Positions 1 through 11,162 are shown, counted from the whole stretch's first letter. The stretch is 63,761 nucleotides of DNA, filler included, from Octopus bimaculoides (GCF_001194135.2; 7 parts of 6 records of this genome joined end to end with filler, not necessarily neighbours in it); one strand, 5' to 3'. The notes: generated by a model not told the origin, from the letters alone. A program made the numbers and translations.

Positions 1-69
1 ATTATCGTTACTAAGCCACCAGCAAATGTCCTCTCCTCTCATAAAAACATCCGAAACCCTTAATACGTC

Positions 70-375
70 ACGACCACAACCATCACCACCACCACCATCA
101 CCACCACCATCACCATCACCACCATCTCTATTACTATTCCCGTCACTACTGCTGCCACCATCAATAATAAACTTCAAAAGGAATTCCTTTCGACTTTAAT
201 AAATAATAAAAATGTACGCAGCCATCATCAAATACAATCTTCCTATCTCTGCGTCCCTGGCCTCGTTTCCACAACCACCGACACCACCATGGTCATGGCC
301 ATCACTACCACAACTGTAAGTACGTCCATAATCACTGGTGCGGCCATTTTCAACACCACCACCACTATTGTAACC
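70..375. repeat. (ACC/ACT)n-rich low-complexity tract
   Basis: Imperfect CACCAC/CATCAC runs seen directly. Confidence 0.8.
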
Positions 376-384
376 ACGTTGATA

Positions 385-425
385 ATCGATCTGCTAGAAA
401 TAGTAGCCAAAACTCCCTTAAACTT
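385..425 (+). repeat. Short dispersed repeat (ctgctagaaatagcagccaaa-type), several copies
   Basis: Related copies near 13478-13502(-), 26722-26748(-), 34262-34295(+), 55262-55305(+) and 57380-57420(+). Confidence 0.55.
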
Positions 426-1029
426 CTGCCAACAGAAGTGAACAATTGGGACAAATTTTTTTTCACACACACACACACACACACTAGCCGCCTCGAGCCA
501 ACACTATACACAAATGTTTAGATCTGGGCTTAAGCTTGCAGATTCGAAAGTGCTCCACTCGTGACCATCTCATCTTTTATTCATATACAGTTATCCTTAA
601 CTACATAATTCTATGTGACCTTCATTTGTTTAAAATAAAACAAAACGGCAGGATATCATCAGAGCAGTCGTGTGGTTCCAGCCGTCACTATCTCGTTTGT
701 TGCATTGGATAAGTTCATAATTTTGAAAGAAAACTAATTGTGCTTCGTATATTTGCTGTTAATTGTTCGAAGTCTTCAATTACACATTCGATACACTTGA
801 AGAAATTTAACAGTCATGCTTCACCCTACAGTTAACAAGGAATGTAATTAAGACAATTTGTAGTTCAAATAACACGGGAGAGTCAGGAATGGTATGTTTT
901 ATCGTATCTAAACTATGCTCTTACTATCCACTAGTTTAACTTTTGACAAAGTAAAAAATATTTAGACTACAATTGGGACCCGGGAAATGAACCAGCATAG
1001 AAAACATTATCTTTTAACTTTTGTTTCAC

Positions 1030-1095
1030 AGGATTGTGGCCAAGCTGGGGCACTGCTTTGAATGGTTTTAGCCGAACACATCGATCCCAGTACTT
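1030..1095 (-). mobile_element. SINE family A, 3' tail fragment
   Basis: Reverse complement of the aagtactgggatcga..cgactaaa..ggcggtgccccagcatggcc tail shared by the full copies. Confidence 0.7.
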
Positions 1096-1429
1096 AATTT
1101 TTAAAAGTCCGTTAATTATTTGCTCAAAGGGAATTCGCCCAAGATGCCACGCAGTAGGACTGAAATTGAAACCCTATGGTTGGAAAGCTAGCTTTGTAGC
1201 CACACACAAATATTAAAAAACAAACAAAAGACGAGATGGTCAAGGTAAGGACGCCTTTGATTATAGGATCGGTGATGAGAGCTGAGCTGAAGCTAAATTG
1301 AGGGGAAGGTGCCACCATCATCGTTGTTGTTGCCGCCGTTGCATTCAACAGTTGTAGCAGATGCCCATCATAGCCCACTATTCATACATCACAGCTTTCA
1401 TAATACAATGTGGTCACGTGGTCGACGAT

Positions 1430-1790
1430 TAACCCTGCCCACACCACCTCCGGTAGTGAGATTAGAATCCCTAGGCAGAATCCGAGCCGAAACAAATACC
1501 GCAAGACATCCCTGTCCGACACTGACAATTTACGCTAATCCACTGCCCTTGAATAGTACTTTATTTCATGGAACCCAGAAAGGATGAAAAGCAGAAGTTG
1601 ATCCCAAGATGATTTGAATTCAGAGTACACAGAACTGGAAATAAATATAGGTTTCAAATTCTTGTACAAAGCCAGTAGTTGCATTGATCCCAGTGCTCGA
1701 CTGGTTCTTACTTTATCGACCCCGGAAGGATGAACTCAGACCGTAAAGACGGACGAAATACCGCTAAGCATTTTGCCAGCTCACTGCCTT
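1430..1790 (-). mobile_element. Cluster of degenerate SINE family D copies
   Basis: Contains tttatcgacccc.gaaggatgaa, gaactcaga and gaaataccgctaagcatttt blocks matching the copy at 17066-17265. Confidence 0.7.
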
Positions 1791-1862
1791 AAAACTGGAA
1801 ATAAATATTGCAAAATATTTCTGCTCTTCACGACTCTGTTTAATTCGCCGTTTGCAGGAAAA

Positions 1863-2408
1863 GGATCTTTTTTAAAACGGGGGCCACATTTTTCATTAAT
1901 GTTTTACGTAGTGCTTTTGGTACCGAAAGACTTTCAAACTTCGTATACTTATCTATTTTGTGTTATAGAACAGAAAAATATTTTTGTATTCGAATTTGTC
2001 TTATTTCGATAATTTCAACCAATCACTGACGTCCATTCAGCCGATATACATTAAGTGCCGACTACATAAACAAACGATTCTTCGTTTTATTTGCTTTTTT
2101 TCATTTTAAATTTGCTTTAACCCTAACCCTAACCCTAACTCTAACCCTAGGGTTAGGGTTAGGGTTAATTGTTTCAGAATCGTTTGTTTATGTAGTCGGC
2201 ACTTAATGTATATCGGCTGAATGGACGTCAGTGATTGGTTGAAATTACAGAAATACGACAACTTTAACATGGAATAATTTATGGATTTCTTTTTTTTTTA
2301 AGAAGACTAAGAGAAAAAGATGTTTTTTATATGACACATTCTACCAGTGATCCAAGTTTCAAAGTGTTTCGTTAATGAAAAATGTGGCCCCCGTTTTAAA
2401 AAAGATCC
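1863..2408. mobile_element. Non-autonomous foldback DNA transposon with telomeric core, Merlin-like
   Basis: Perfect 37-bp TIRs (GGATCTTTTTTAAAACGGGGGCCACATTTTTCATTAA) at 1863-1899 and 2372-2408; 8-bp TSD CAGGAAAA at 1855-1862 and 2409-2416; perfect 72-bp inner arms at 2010-2081 and 2176-2247. GG termini plus an 8-bp TSD fit the Merlin superfamily (the family call is inference). Confidence 0.85.
2117..2168. repeat. Inverted interstitial telomeric repeat (CCCTAA)n-(TTAGGG)n
   Basis: ttaaccctaaccctaaccctaactctaaccct|agggttagggttagggttaa, with the dyad axis at 2148/2149. Confidence 0.95.
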
Positions 2409-3221
2409 CAGGAAAATATTGTCTATCATATTTATACCAATTTACTGGAATTCTATTTTCATCGATGCCCCTGAAAGAATAGAAAGACAAAGTTTGACAC
2501 AGCTGCCCCCATAAAAGCGTCACTCGAGACACACTACCACTCCTTGCCTCACTCAAGCTACGCAACTGGGTTTTGAACTCAGAACTATATGATAAATACA
2601 AACTGAAAGGTCTTGTATGGAGAGATATCACAGCAGTACACACATACGATTAGTTTTACTGTTTAAATTAATCATTGTAGTTGTAATGACAATGTAAACA
2701 TTTTGGCGAGAAAAATTCATCTAGTTTCTGCCATTAGTGCTAAATTTGAAACGTTCTGAATACTTTTACACACACACATACACATGGATAGCCGTCTATG
2801 AATCCATTAGTTAAGAAAAAAATATGCATTCACATATTTCTCAATAGAGTTGGTATATTAATCGAAGTATCATATATTGATTAAGACTGATCTTGCCAAT
2901 TAATTTCGCACTGAATTTTAAAATTTTCAGTTTAATACCCAGTGCTAAACCGATTGATAAAATCGGCCGTAATGGATATATAATACTGTGCACTTCGAGT
3001 GATATATGTAGGTAATCTTTCGGTATTAACAGACGACGTTGTAGCGTGACACAAGAAGCCAGCGTCATTTTGTGCGAGATCTCGCCGGCAGCTATTATTG
3101 TTCGAGACAAGAGCAAGATCTCGCCTACAACCATGTTTGCCATGCGCGAGACCACAGCGAGGCTCTCGTGGGCAACATCTATTTAAGGTGTACTGAGCAA
3201 CCCGTTCTCTTCGTTCGCGTT

Positions 3222-3319
3222 CTTCATTCTTCTATCACATCATACGTTTTAATGTTTTTTGTCAATTTGTTCTACGCCCCCCACCTCTGTGTTGGCCTCT
3301 TGTGGGCAATAAAGAAATA
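3222..3319 (+). mobile_element. Short 3'-end unit related to the retroelement at 3584-4731
   Basis: Ends cctctgtgttggcctcttgtgggcaataaagaaata, versus cctcttcgttggccccttgtgggtaataaaaaatc at 4695-4729; both also share catacgtt. Confidence 0.55.
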
Positions 3320-3558
3320 GGTACTACTAAAGCAGCGCGGACCCGAACGCGCAGTCGCGCGTCCGAGCTAGCTAGTCTTGAGTGGTCGATCCTAACCCTA
3401 ACCCTATCCCTAACCCTGTCCCTGTCCCTAACCCTAACCCGCGTGTGCAAATGAATACGTGTCTAGGGTTAGGGTTAGGGTTAGGAATAGAGTTAGGGTT
3501 AGGATCGACCACTCACGACTAGCTAGCGCGTTCGGGTCCACGCTGCTTTAGTAGTACC
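3320..3558. mobile_element. Second foldback MITE with telomeric core, Merlin-like
   Basis: 33-bp TIRs GGTACTACTAAAGCAGCG(C/T)GGACCCGAACGCGC with 1 mismatch at 3320-3352 and 3526-3558; 9-bp TSD AAAGAAATA at 3311-3319 and 3559-3567; inner arms run into (CCCTAA)n and (TTAGGG)n. Confidence 0.85.
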
Positions 3559-3583
3559 AAAGAAATACCTCTTCGCTCGCGTT

Positions 3584-4731
3584 GGCATTCACCATTTTTG
3601 TTTTTCTCTCTCTTGCGTTAGCGGTTTTCTGGTTGTGCTTTCTCTCCGCCTTGAGGAGGGTCAGCAATGTCAACAGGAAGAAACATGTTCTATTCGGACC
3701 TTAGTGGGTCCGAATTGTCCTCGGAGGAGCTCGTACGAGCAGTTGATAGAATGGACAGGTGCTTAAGGAAGAAAAGTTTTGCGGAAGTGACAGAAGTAAC
3801 AAAAAAGGAGGTGGACCTGACAAATATGGAGAAATATGAGAAAATGGCATGTAGGATAGGTGGTGACATTAAGTTGTCACCACCTCAGAAAGTATTGGAA
3901 GAAATGGATAAGAAAACAGTAATATTTTAGGTCTACTCAGTGGAAGAAAAGAAAATTGAAGATGTTGAGGCAGAAATAATAGAAAAGGCGTTGAGCTCTG
4001 TCTGGCAAGATATAACATATCTTGCCAGAGGAAGCAGATACGGAACAATTGTGGTTCATTTCAAGCCAGAAGGAAAAGCATAGGAACACGCAGTAACCAC
4101 AGTAAAGTCGGATAAAGTGGTCTTTCTACCCGTTTATCTTGGAAGAAGGACTTCCAGGATTAGGGTGGAGGGAATCCCACCGGAAATAGATGTGGCTTGT
4201 GTTGCGGTGGCTGTTCTTCTCGGAAGTAAAGAAGAAATAGCCGTCCTCCAAGCCACGAAAACAGAAAATTCAGTATGGAAACATTGGACTTGATCATACA
4301 GGGCACTGCAGAAACATTGGAAAATGTGGTGGAAACGGTGACCATTGGAGATGTACAAAACATTGATGGATGGCACTCCTGTATTCTTGTGTCCAAAAAC
4401 CAAAAAGACGAAATAATGAAATGAAAGAGGAGTTATAAGTGTTGGAAAGTCAATTGTGATTTAAAGACGATACCAGGCAATATAAAGTACGGGGAACTGA
4501 CCGAGAAATATGGTATAGACATTTTAAAGGACTCGGAAGCAAGTGATGCTGCTTGAAGTGGGGCAAGTAGCTTATTTTCATTATCATTTTCATTGTATCA
4601 TTCATGTATGCCATACGTTATTTTTTTCTATTTTTTGTTTTATTTATGTTTTTTTTTCGACTTTATATGTCCTCCACATGTGTTTGTATTGTCCCCTCTT
4701 CGTTGGCCCCTTGTGGGTAATAAAAAATCAT
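3584..4731 (+). mobile_element. Internally deleted non-LTR retroelement with Tx1/L1-type (gag-like) ORF1
   Basis: Pyrimidine-rich 5' UTR, ORF1 remnant, T-rich 3' UTR ending in AATAAA; flanked by CTCTTCGCTC(G/A)CGTTG at 3569-3584 and 4732-4747. No RT domain seen. Confidence 0.55.
3667..4293 (+). pseudogene. Retroelement ORF1p remnant
   Basis: One frame from ATG 3667 with two internal stops (3928, 4081): ...KKSFAEVT...YLARGSRYGTIVVHF...FLPVYLGRRTSRIRVEGIPPEID...; resembles RRM-type ORF1 of Tx1/L1-like LINEs (recall). Confidence 0.55.
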
Positions 4732-5484
4732 CTCTTCGCTCACGTTGAACAACACTGCAACCTAGCAGCTCACAGCGGATTCTTAACCCGCTCTAACTTT
4801 ACTTGTTATCTCCAGAGGTAATGTACCTCTCGCGAACGGAGCTGACGAACTACGCGCTGACATACAGATGGTCGCCGGGAGCAAACCCCATGAAATGAGA
4901 ACGAAATAAACAACCATTGAATTGCACTCGCTTGTAAGCCTATTCTTCGAGTTGCAAAATTCTAAGGCTAAAAAAAAAATAATTGTAATGGGAGAAGGAG
5001 ATAATCCACAGGTATCAGGAACCTTCTAGTCCCATTATGTCATTCATCCTCTTTTCCAGCCTAGCGGCTTCACCTACGCCGTGAGGGAATGTTGTGTGGG
5101 TGAATCATGCCAACTAATACTGAAGGACGGCCTCTCTCCTTCTACACACACGTTATATACTGTGAAATGAAAAGTTATTTTACGCTGTTTCAACGAGAGG
5201 TATATACAAACACACATATACATATTAACCATATCTACACACATACCTTCTCTCTCTCTCTCTCTACACACACACACAAATGTTTGTGTTATTAACACAA
5301 GTGAGACAATTGTTTAAAAACAGTAAATTGCTGCCCTTATTTCACAAGTTTTTTTTATGTGTTTAATAGAAGGAATGGCGGGCGATAAATTCATACCAAA
5401 TGTTGAAAATATTGTTTTGATTGCTTATCTCTGTAACTAAACCCCGGACATACACATATAAAGGTCTCGCCTGTGCAGAAACGA

Positions 5485-5519
<35 letters not shown>

Positions 5520-5858
5520 ATATTTATTTATCCTCACTTTCCTTTCCCAGTAGAACTTGGAAAAGTCGACGACGGCTTGGTCGTAAAACGTAGCGTTCCT
5601 TTCAATCATGTCCACTAGACAACCTCCTTCGCCATAGCCAATAGACATACATAAACTGCCTGCCTTTCTTGGTCAAAGGAAAAAAGCAAAACGATTGTGA
5701 CAATGGAGTCAGCCGATCGTTAGATACATGTTGTAGCAGTTGTTAGACATAACTCCATAAGTCAGCAATGCTCAAAGCACTGTATGAACGAGTGCAAAAC
5801 GGTTTCGTCACTCTGCACACACCTCAAGCAAGCGCAGCTGTCGGCACTGCTATGTCTG

Positions 5859-6197
5859 TAGCATGACTGTATTGTAAGAAGCTTGTTTCCCAACCACATG
5901 GTTCCGGGTTCAGTCCCACTGCGTGACATCTTGGGCAAATGACTTCTACTCTAGTCTAGGGCCGACAAAAGCCTTGTGGTGGATTTGGTAGACGGAAACT
6001 GAAAGAAACCCGTCGTATATATGTGTGTGTATCCCATCACCGCTTCACAACCGGTTCAGCAAAAGAGACCAATAGAATAAGTACCAGGCTTTAAAGAAAT
6101 AAGTCCGGGAGAAGATTCGTTTGAATAAAATCCTTCAAGGTGCTGCCCCAGCATGGCTGCAGTCTAATGATTGAAACAAATAGAAGATAAAAGATAA
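5859..6197 (+). mobile_element. SINE family A (tRNA-derived octopus SINE, OR/OK-type, CORE-like ccttgggcaagt)
   Basis: B-box-like ggttcagtccc, then the family body and the ...cagcatggc..tgattgaaac tail; more than a dozen copies in the window. Exact family name not assignable. Confidence 0.85.
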
Positions 6198-7304
6198 TCA
6201 GTAATGGCCACCCCTATTCTGGTAGCATTGCCAGGCCAAGGATTTCTGGTACAAAAATATCGAAGACGGTACAGAACAATGTAGTGTGGAATTACATGAG
6301 CGTGAAAACAGAGGTGACCAAAATGAGGGGTAAACAATTTTTAAAAATTCATCCAAAAGCAGGAGCGGAAACCTCAAAGTGTTACTCGTAGACACTCCAC
6401 AAAACCACAATCCCCTGGCCAAGAAAGCAAATGCCCTATGCCATGTGTTTTCCTCCGATCTACAGGCGCATGCTCAGACTAGTGCCATTCATTTGGATCA
6501 CTGCCATCGTCCACCGTTTTAACAAATATACTGGGAAGCATTACTTCGCTCTCTTCTTTTATTTTCCTTTTCAAGTCAAACTTGAACAAGCTGATGAGAG
6601 CTTGGCCAAAAACGTCCATCTTCAACCCTTTTAATCTCGTCTACCACAGAAACCTCTTTCACATAAGAGGAGGGAACGCTGGCAAGTTATTTTTTAAAAA
6701 AACCGTTAATAAATTTAACGTCAAAGGTAATTTAGAGAAAGAGAAGGAGGAGAAAGAAAGAAATTAACAGAAAATTAAGAGTGGAGAAATATAGTGTGAT
6801 ATATATATGTGAATGGGAATAAAGCTTAAAAGCGAGGAAATAGATATATGTAGTGGAAATGAAATGTAAGAAGACAGTTAAAGGTCGAATTTTATAGATT
6901 CGGAGAAATTACTTATAGGAACTAAAGGTATGTTTTTGCCAATGTTTACAACGATAAATGCATTCTTTAAAAGCGTTTACAAGAGTATTATCCGAGAAAA
7001 GGATGAGAAATTGTTCTTCGTTACAGAGCGGACAAAAGGATTTACCTTTGTCATATGGGAAGGATCTAGATAGAATATCCCATTCCAAATCAAATTGTTT
7101 ACTATGTTCCTTTAGAGACTAAATTAATTTACTAAGTCCAGTATGGTTGCGTTTATACACACACACACACACACACACACATATCTCTCTCTCTCTCTAT
7201 ATATATATATATGTATATATATATACATATATATACACACACATACACACATATAAAGAAGCATGTACACTTCCAGCGATGATTTGACAATTCTGTCAAT
7301 AATA

Positions 7305-7530
7305 ATATTTTGTAAGCTTAAATATTAGAAGCGATCACTGTGTATTGACTAAAGAAAATAGTCTGCCCTAATATTGGGACTTATAAGCCCTCGACGGAAA
7401 AAAAAAGTGGGTTTTTCGTACGCGTAGGAAAAGCCACTTTTTTTCCGTCGAAGGCTTATATAACCCTATGCCTCAATAGACTATTTTCTTTAGTCAATAC
7501 ACAGTGATCGCTTATAAGCTTACAAAATAT
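7305..7530. mobile_element. ~226-bp palindromic (foldback) MITE-like element
   Basis: Perfect 36-bp arms at 7329-7364 and 7478-7513, further arm pairing (ttataagcc.tcgacggaaaa..gtgg.tttt) up to a ~10-nt loop, and terminal arms atattttgtaagctta. No clear TSD. Confidence 0.75.
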
Positions 7531-8059
7531 CATATAAGGCGATGCTCAAGCATGGCCACAATCAAATGACTGAAACAAGTAAAAGAGTACATATATATAT
7601 ATTTATATATTTATATAAGACGGCACTGTCTGGTTTGAAAACTAATTGATTTAGAGCCACTTCAAAAATACACACACACGTATATTATGATACGCAAGCA
7701 TTCTTATAATACACATACACGTTTCTTACGACACACATACACACACCTGCATTACCATGCACACATCTATCACGATATACACATACATACATACACGAGT
7801 ATTATCTCACAAAAGTTACAGGTTTATTTAAATAAAGCAGCAGTAGCAACGAGGAGGAAAGGTGAGGGAGTGAGATGAATGGGAATATGTGTGCGGGTGG
7901 CAGTGAGAGAGAGAGAAGAAGGGGAGACAGAACGACACAGAGAGGTGGGGAGAGAGAGAGAGAGAGAGAGAGAGAAGGAGGGACGTTAGTTATAAAAAGA
8001 CCCTCCTGTATACATACAGACAGACACATATATATAAATACATATACTTGCTTGTTTGC

Positions 8060-8092
<33 letters not shown>

Positions 8093-8229
8093 ATATACAT
8101 ACACCCACACACGTTGAGAACGAAAGACGAGTGCGACCTAAATGACATGCTAAGGCAAACAATTGATAAAACTGAAATGTCATCCTATATGTTTGTACAC
8201 ACATTACTAATCCAGGTAGAGGTAGTTGG

Positions 8230-8272
<43 letters not shown>

Positions 8273-8699
8273 AATATGAAATTTAATCTTGCCATGTTGC
8301 TATGAATGCAAATTCCACAATAGTACTCGAGAGCATGATAAAAGAGCTCGCGTGCGTGCGTGCCATATATACATAATCATCTAAAACAGTTCCACTCGGT
8401 TCTATTCGACTTGAAGTTTCGCGGGCGTCTAACAGAATCCCGACTCTTTCAAGTTTTAGATNNNNNNNNNNNNNNNNNNNNNNNNNNNNNNNNNNNNNNN
8501 NNNNNNNNNNNNNNNNNNNNNNNNNNNNNNNNNNNNNNNNNNNNNNNNNNNNNNNNNNNNNNNNNNNNNNNNNNNNNNNNNNNNNNNNNNNNNNNNNNNN
8601 NNNNNNNNNNNNNNNNNNNNNNNNNNNNNNNNNNNNNNNNNNNNNNNNNNNNNNNNNNNNNNNNNNNNNNNNNNNNNNNNNNNNNNNNNNNNNNNNNNN

Positions 8700-8942
8700 C
8701 AAGACACTTTATTTCACGCTGCTCCAGTTCACTCAGCTGTAGAAATGAGTTGCGACGTCACAGGTGCCAAGCTGTATCGGCCCCTTTGCCTTTCCCTTGG
8801 ATAACACTGGTGGCGTGGAGAGGGGAGACCGGTATGCATGGGCGACTGTTGGTCTTCCATAAAACAACCTTGCCCGGACTTGTGCCTAGGAGGGTAACTT
8901 TCTAGGTGCAATCCCATGGTCAGTCATGACCGAAGGGGTCTC
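8700..8942 (+). mobile_element. SINE family B body and tail (head lost in gap)
   Basis: ttcacgctgctccagttcactcagctgtagaaatgagt matches the core block at 25400-25440. Confidence 0.65.
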
Positions 8943-9894
8943 TGATATATATATGTATATGTAGGTGCGCGCATCGCTTGCCAACTGGTGTTGGTCAGTT
9001 TACGTCTCCCTCATCTAGAGGTTCGGTAAAAGAGAACGATAGAATAAAACATGAGTACAGGAATCTCAACTGGGGTCCATATGACCCTTTAGGAGTCGAC
9101 GACATCAGATTCTGTTGCTAAAATTTATGTGCAATAAACTGGTTATACATCTCCAATACAAAAAATAATTTAACAATTTTAATTTTTTTTTTTTACACAA
9201 TTCCAAATAATATCTAATTACTAAAAATATAATCGGATTTCATAAACATCGAATGAGTAGGAGCGTCCAATTGAAATCGAACTAATCTTTTCGCACAGAC
9301 GCACGGAAAGACTACAATGAAGTAACGACAGCGGAGTGCACAACAAGCAGCAGCGATCTGACTGTCGCCTGTACTCTTGACTAGAGACGCCAGTTAGTCT
9401 TTTACACCGACCAGGCTCGTTCGTATTAGCCCGAGCTGCTGGATAATGTTTCGTTCCTTTGAGAATCTTGTAGAACGGAAACTTTTCATAGATTGGAATT
9501 TAAATCCTAGTCTCTATACAAATTTAATGTTTCAAGAAACCATAGAGTTTGAATTACTTTTAATTTCTATGGTCATAGATAACAATTCGGGCTGTAACTT
9601 CTAAGCCCGAGTCAGGCGTGTGTGAACGATGTCGAGAGAACGTCTGCTACGAATGATATTTTTTTGATACAGAGCATCTCTAAGACAACCGCCAGACGCT
9701 GAACGAAAATCAATGAACTGCGACCAGGCTTAATAAAAGGAGTTCGAGTTACATACTTGAAGTCAGTGTTGGCAGAAATTAAATCAGCTTGCAAATACAC
9801 GTTCATTTTCCTAAATTTATACTTGGGCTAAGCCCGAGCAGCCCGAGTGCCTCGGTCGCTACTGATTATATATATATATATATATATATATATA

Positions 9895-10384
9895 CCGTAA
9901 ATCCTCGAGTATAATCGGCATTTTTTCCCCCAAATCCCTAGTGCGTACTATATACGAGGTCAAAAATGAAAAGTATTTTCTAAGCAATGTCCATTCAGGC
10001 GCATTTTGTGATGTCGGGCGCGAAAATACCTTAAGCCAATACCTTAAGCTATATTTATTTTTCACTGACGTTATTACTGTTATTTCTTTATTTTCTGCAA
10101 ACAAAGTGCACNNNNNNNNNNTGACGTTATTACTGTTATTTCTTTATTTTCTGCAAACAAAGTGCACAAAAAGCTACACGTTTGCATTATGTTATATATA
10201 CAATAATAATAAAGGACGTTACCGTTTATATGTTTACAAACCAAGGACATTATATAGACCACCTTGATTCAAGTTAGAGAAAGGGTGCGTATTATACACA
10301 AGGTTTAAGCTTTTCAGAGGAACAGCCCTCCAAAAATCCCATGCGTATTATACTTAAAGGCGGACTATACTCGAGGATTTACGG
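9895..10384. mobile_element. Tc1/mariner-pogo-type MITE
   Basis: TIRs CCGTAAATCCTCGAGTATA at both ends, with TA duplication at 9893-9894 and 10385-10386. Confidence 0.85.
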
Positions 10385-10539
10385 TATATATATAAAGATT
10401 CAGATTTTTTAAAAAACCTTGTAGAATGCTATGCAAAGATTGTCCATAGTTATTGGCTACCTGATGTCATCATACTGCTGAAATGCTCTTACTACTGGAT
10501 ATACATCAGAAATCCTATACTAACGGTAGAGTGTATATA

Positions 10540-11019
10540 CAGTAATTAATCGCCATATTGCGGTTCTCCTATCGCACCCTCAGTACATCGCGAATTTTTC
10601 TGGCTGATATATAAATTTATATCGCGGACTCCTCAGTATATCGCGGGTTTCTGCGACCGATAGGTATTTATATTACTTTAAGATTTTAATGATTTCTGTG
10701 GTAAAATAAGCACTTTCACGCCTAAAAATTAATAAATAAAAATACAGTACAGTACTGCGCTGTATAACACATTAATTAAAATATATTAAAAGAAAATATG
10801 TAGTGTACCATAGATGAGCAAGCAAAGAATCGCATATACTGTACGGAAAACGAAACTGGGGGTGGGGCAAAACAGAGAAAACACGGGTACTCGGAGAGCT
10901 TATAAAAGCTTAAATATATGAAAATAATAAAATAAATATATACAAACTATAAAAATATACAGTAAAGTACTGTTTCTACTTCGCTGATTTTCACACCCGC
11001 GATAATCGAGGGGTTACTG
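10540..11019. mobile_element. Tigger/pogo-like non-autonomous transposon
   Basis: Imperfect TIRs cagtaattaatcgccatattgcgg / ccgcgataatcgaggggttactg, TA on both sides, and Tigger-like internal tacagtacagtact and ctacttcgc.gattttcac motifs. Confidence 0.7.
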
Positions 11020-11162
11020 TATAGATAAAAGAACGTCGTTCGTTCCATTTTGTAACATTTATATACGCATATTTTATTTGACTCCTAAAGAGTCTTCTTT
11101 GAGTTTACGGTCCTTTTAATCTTTCAAAAATTTTCATAATATATATATATATATATAATATA

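Noticed and set aside
2117-2168. Relic of a telomere-telomere chromosome fusion
   Set aside because: A fusion gives (TTAGGG)n-(CCCTAA)n; the order here is the opposite and it sits inside a TIR/TSD-bounded element.
3040-4866. Solo LTR (TG...CA) with a downstream primer-binding site
   Set aside because: No 4-6-bp TSD, and TGGTCGCCGGGAGC does not match a tRNA 3' end I can recall; kept only as an unidentified host repeat.
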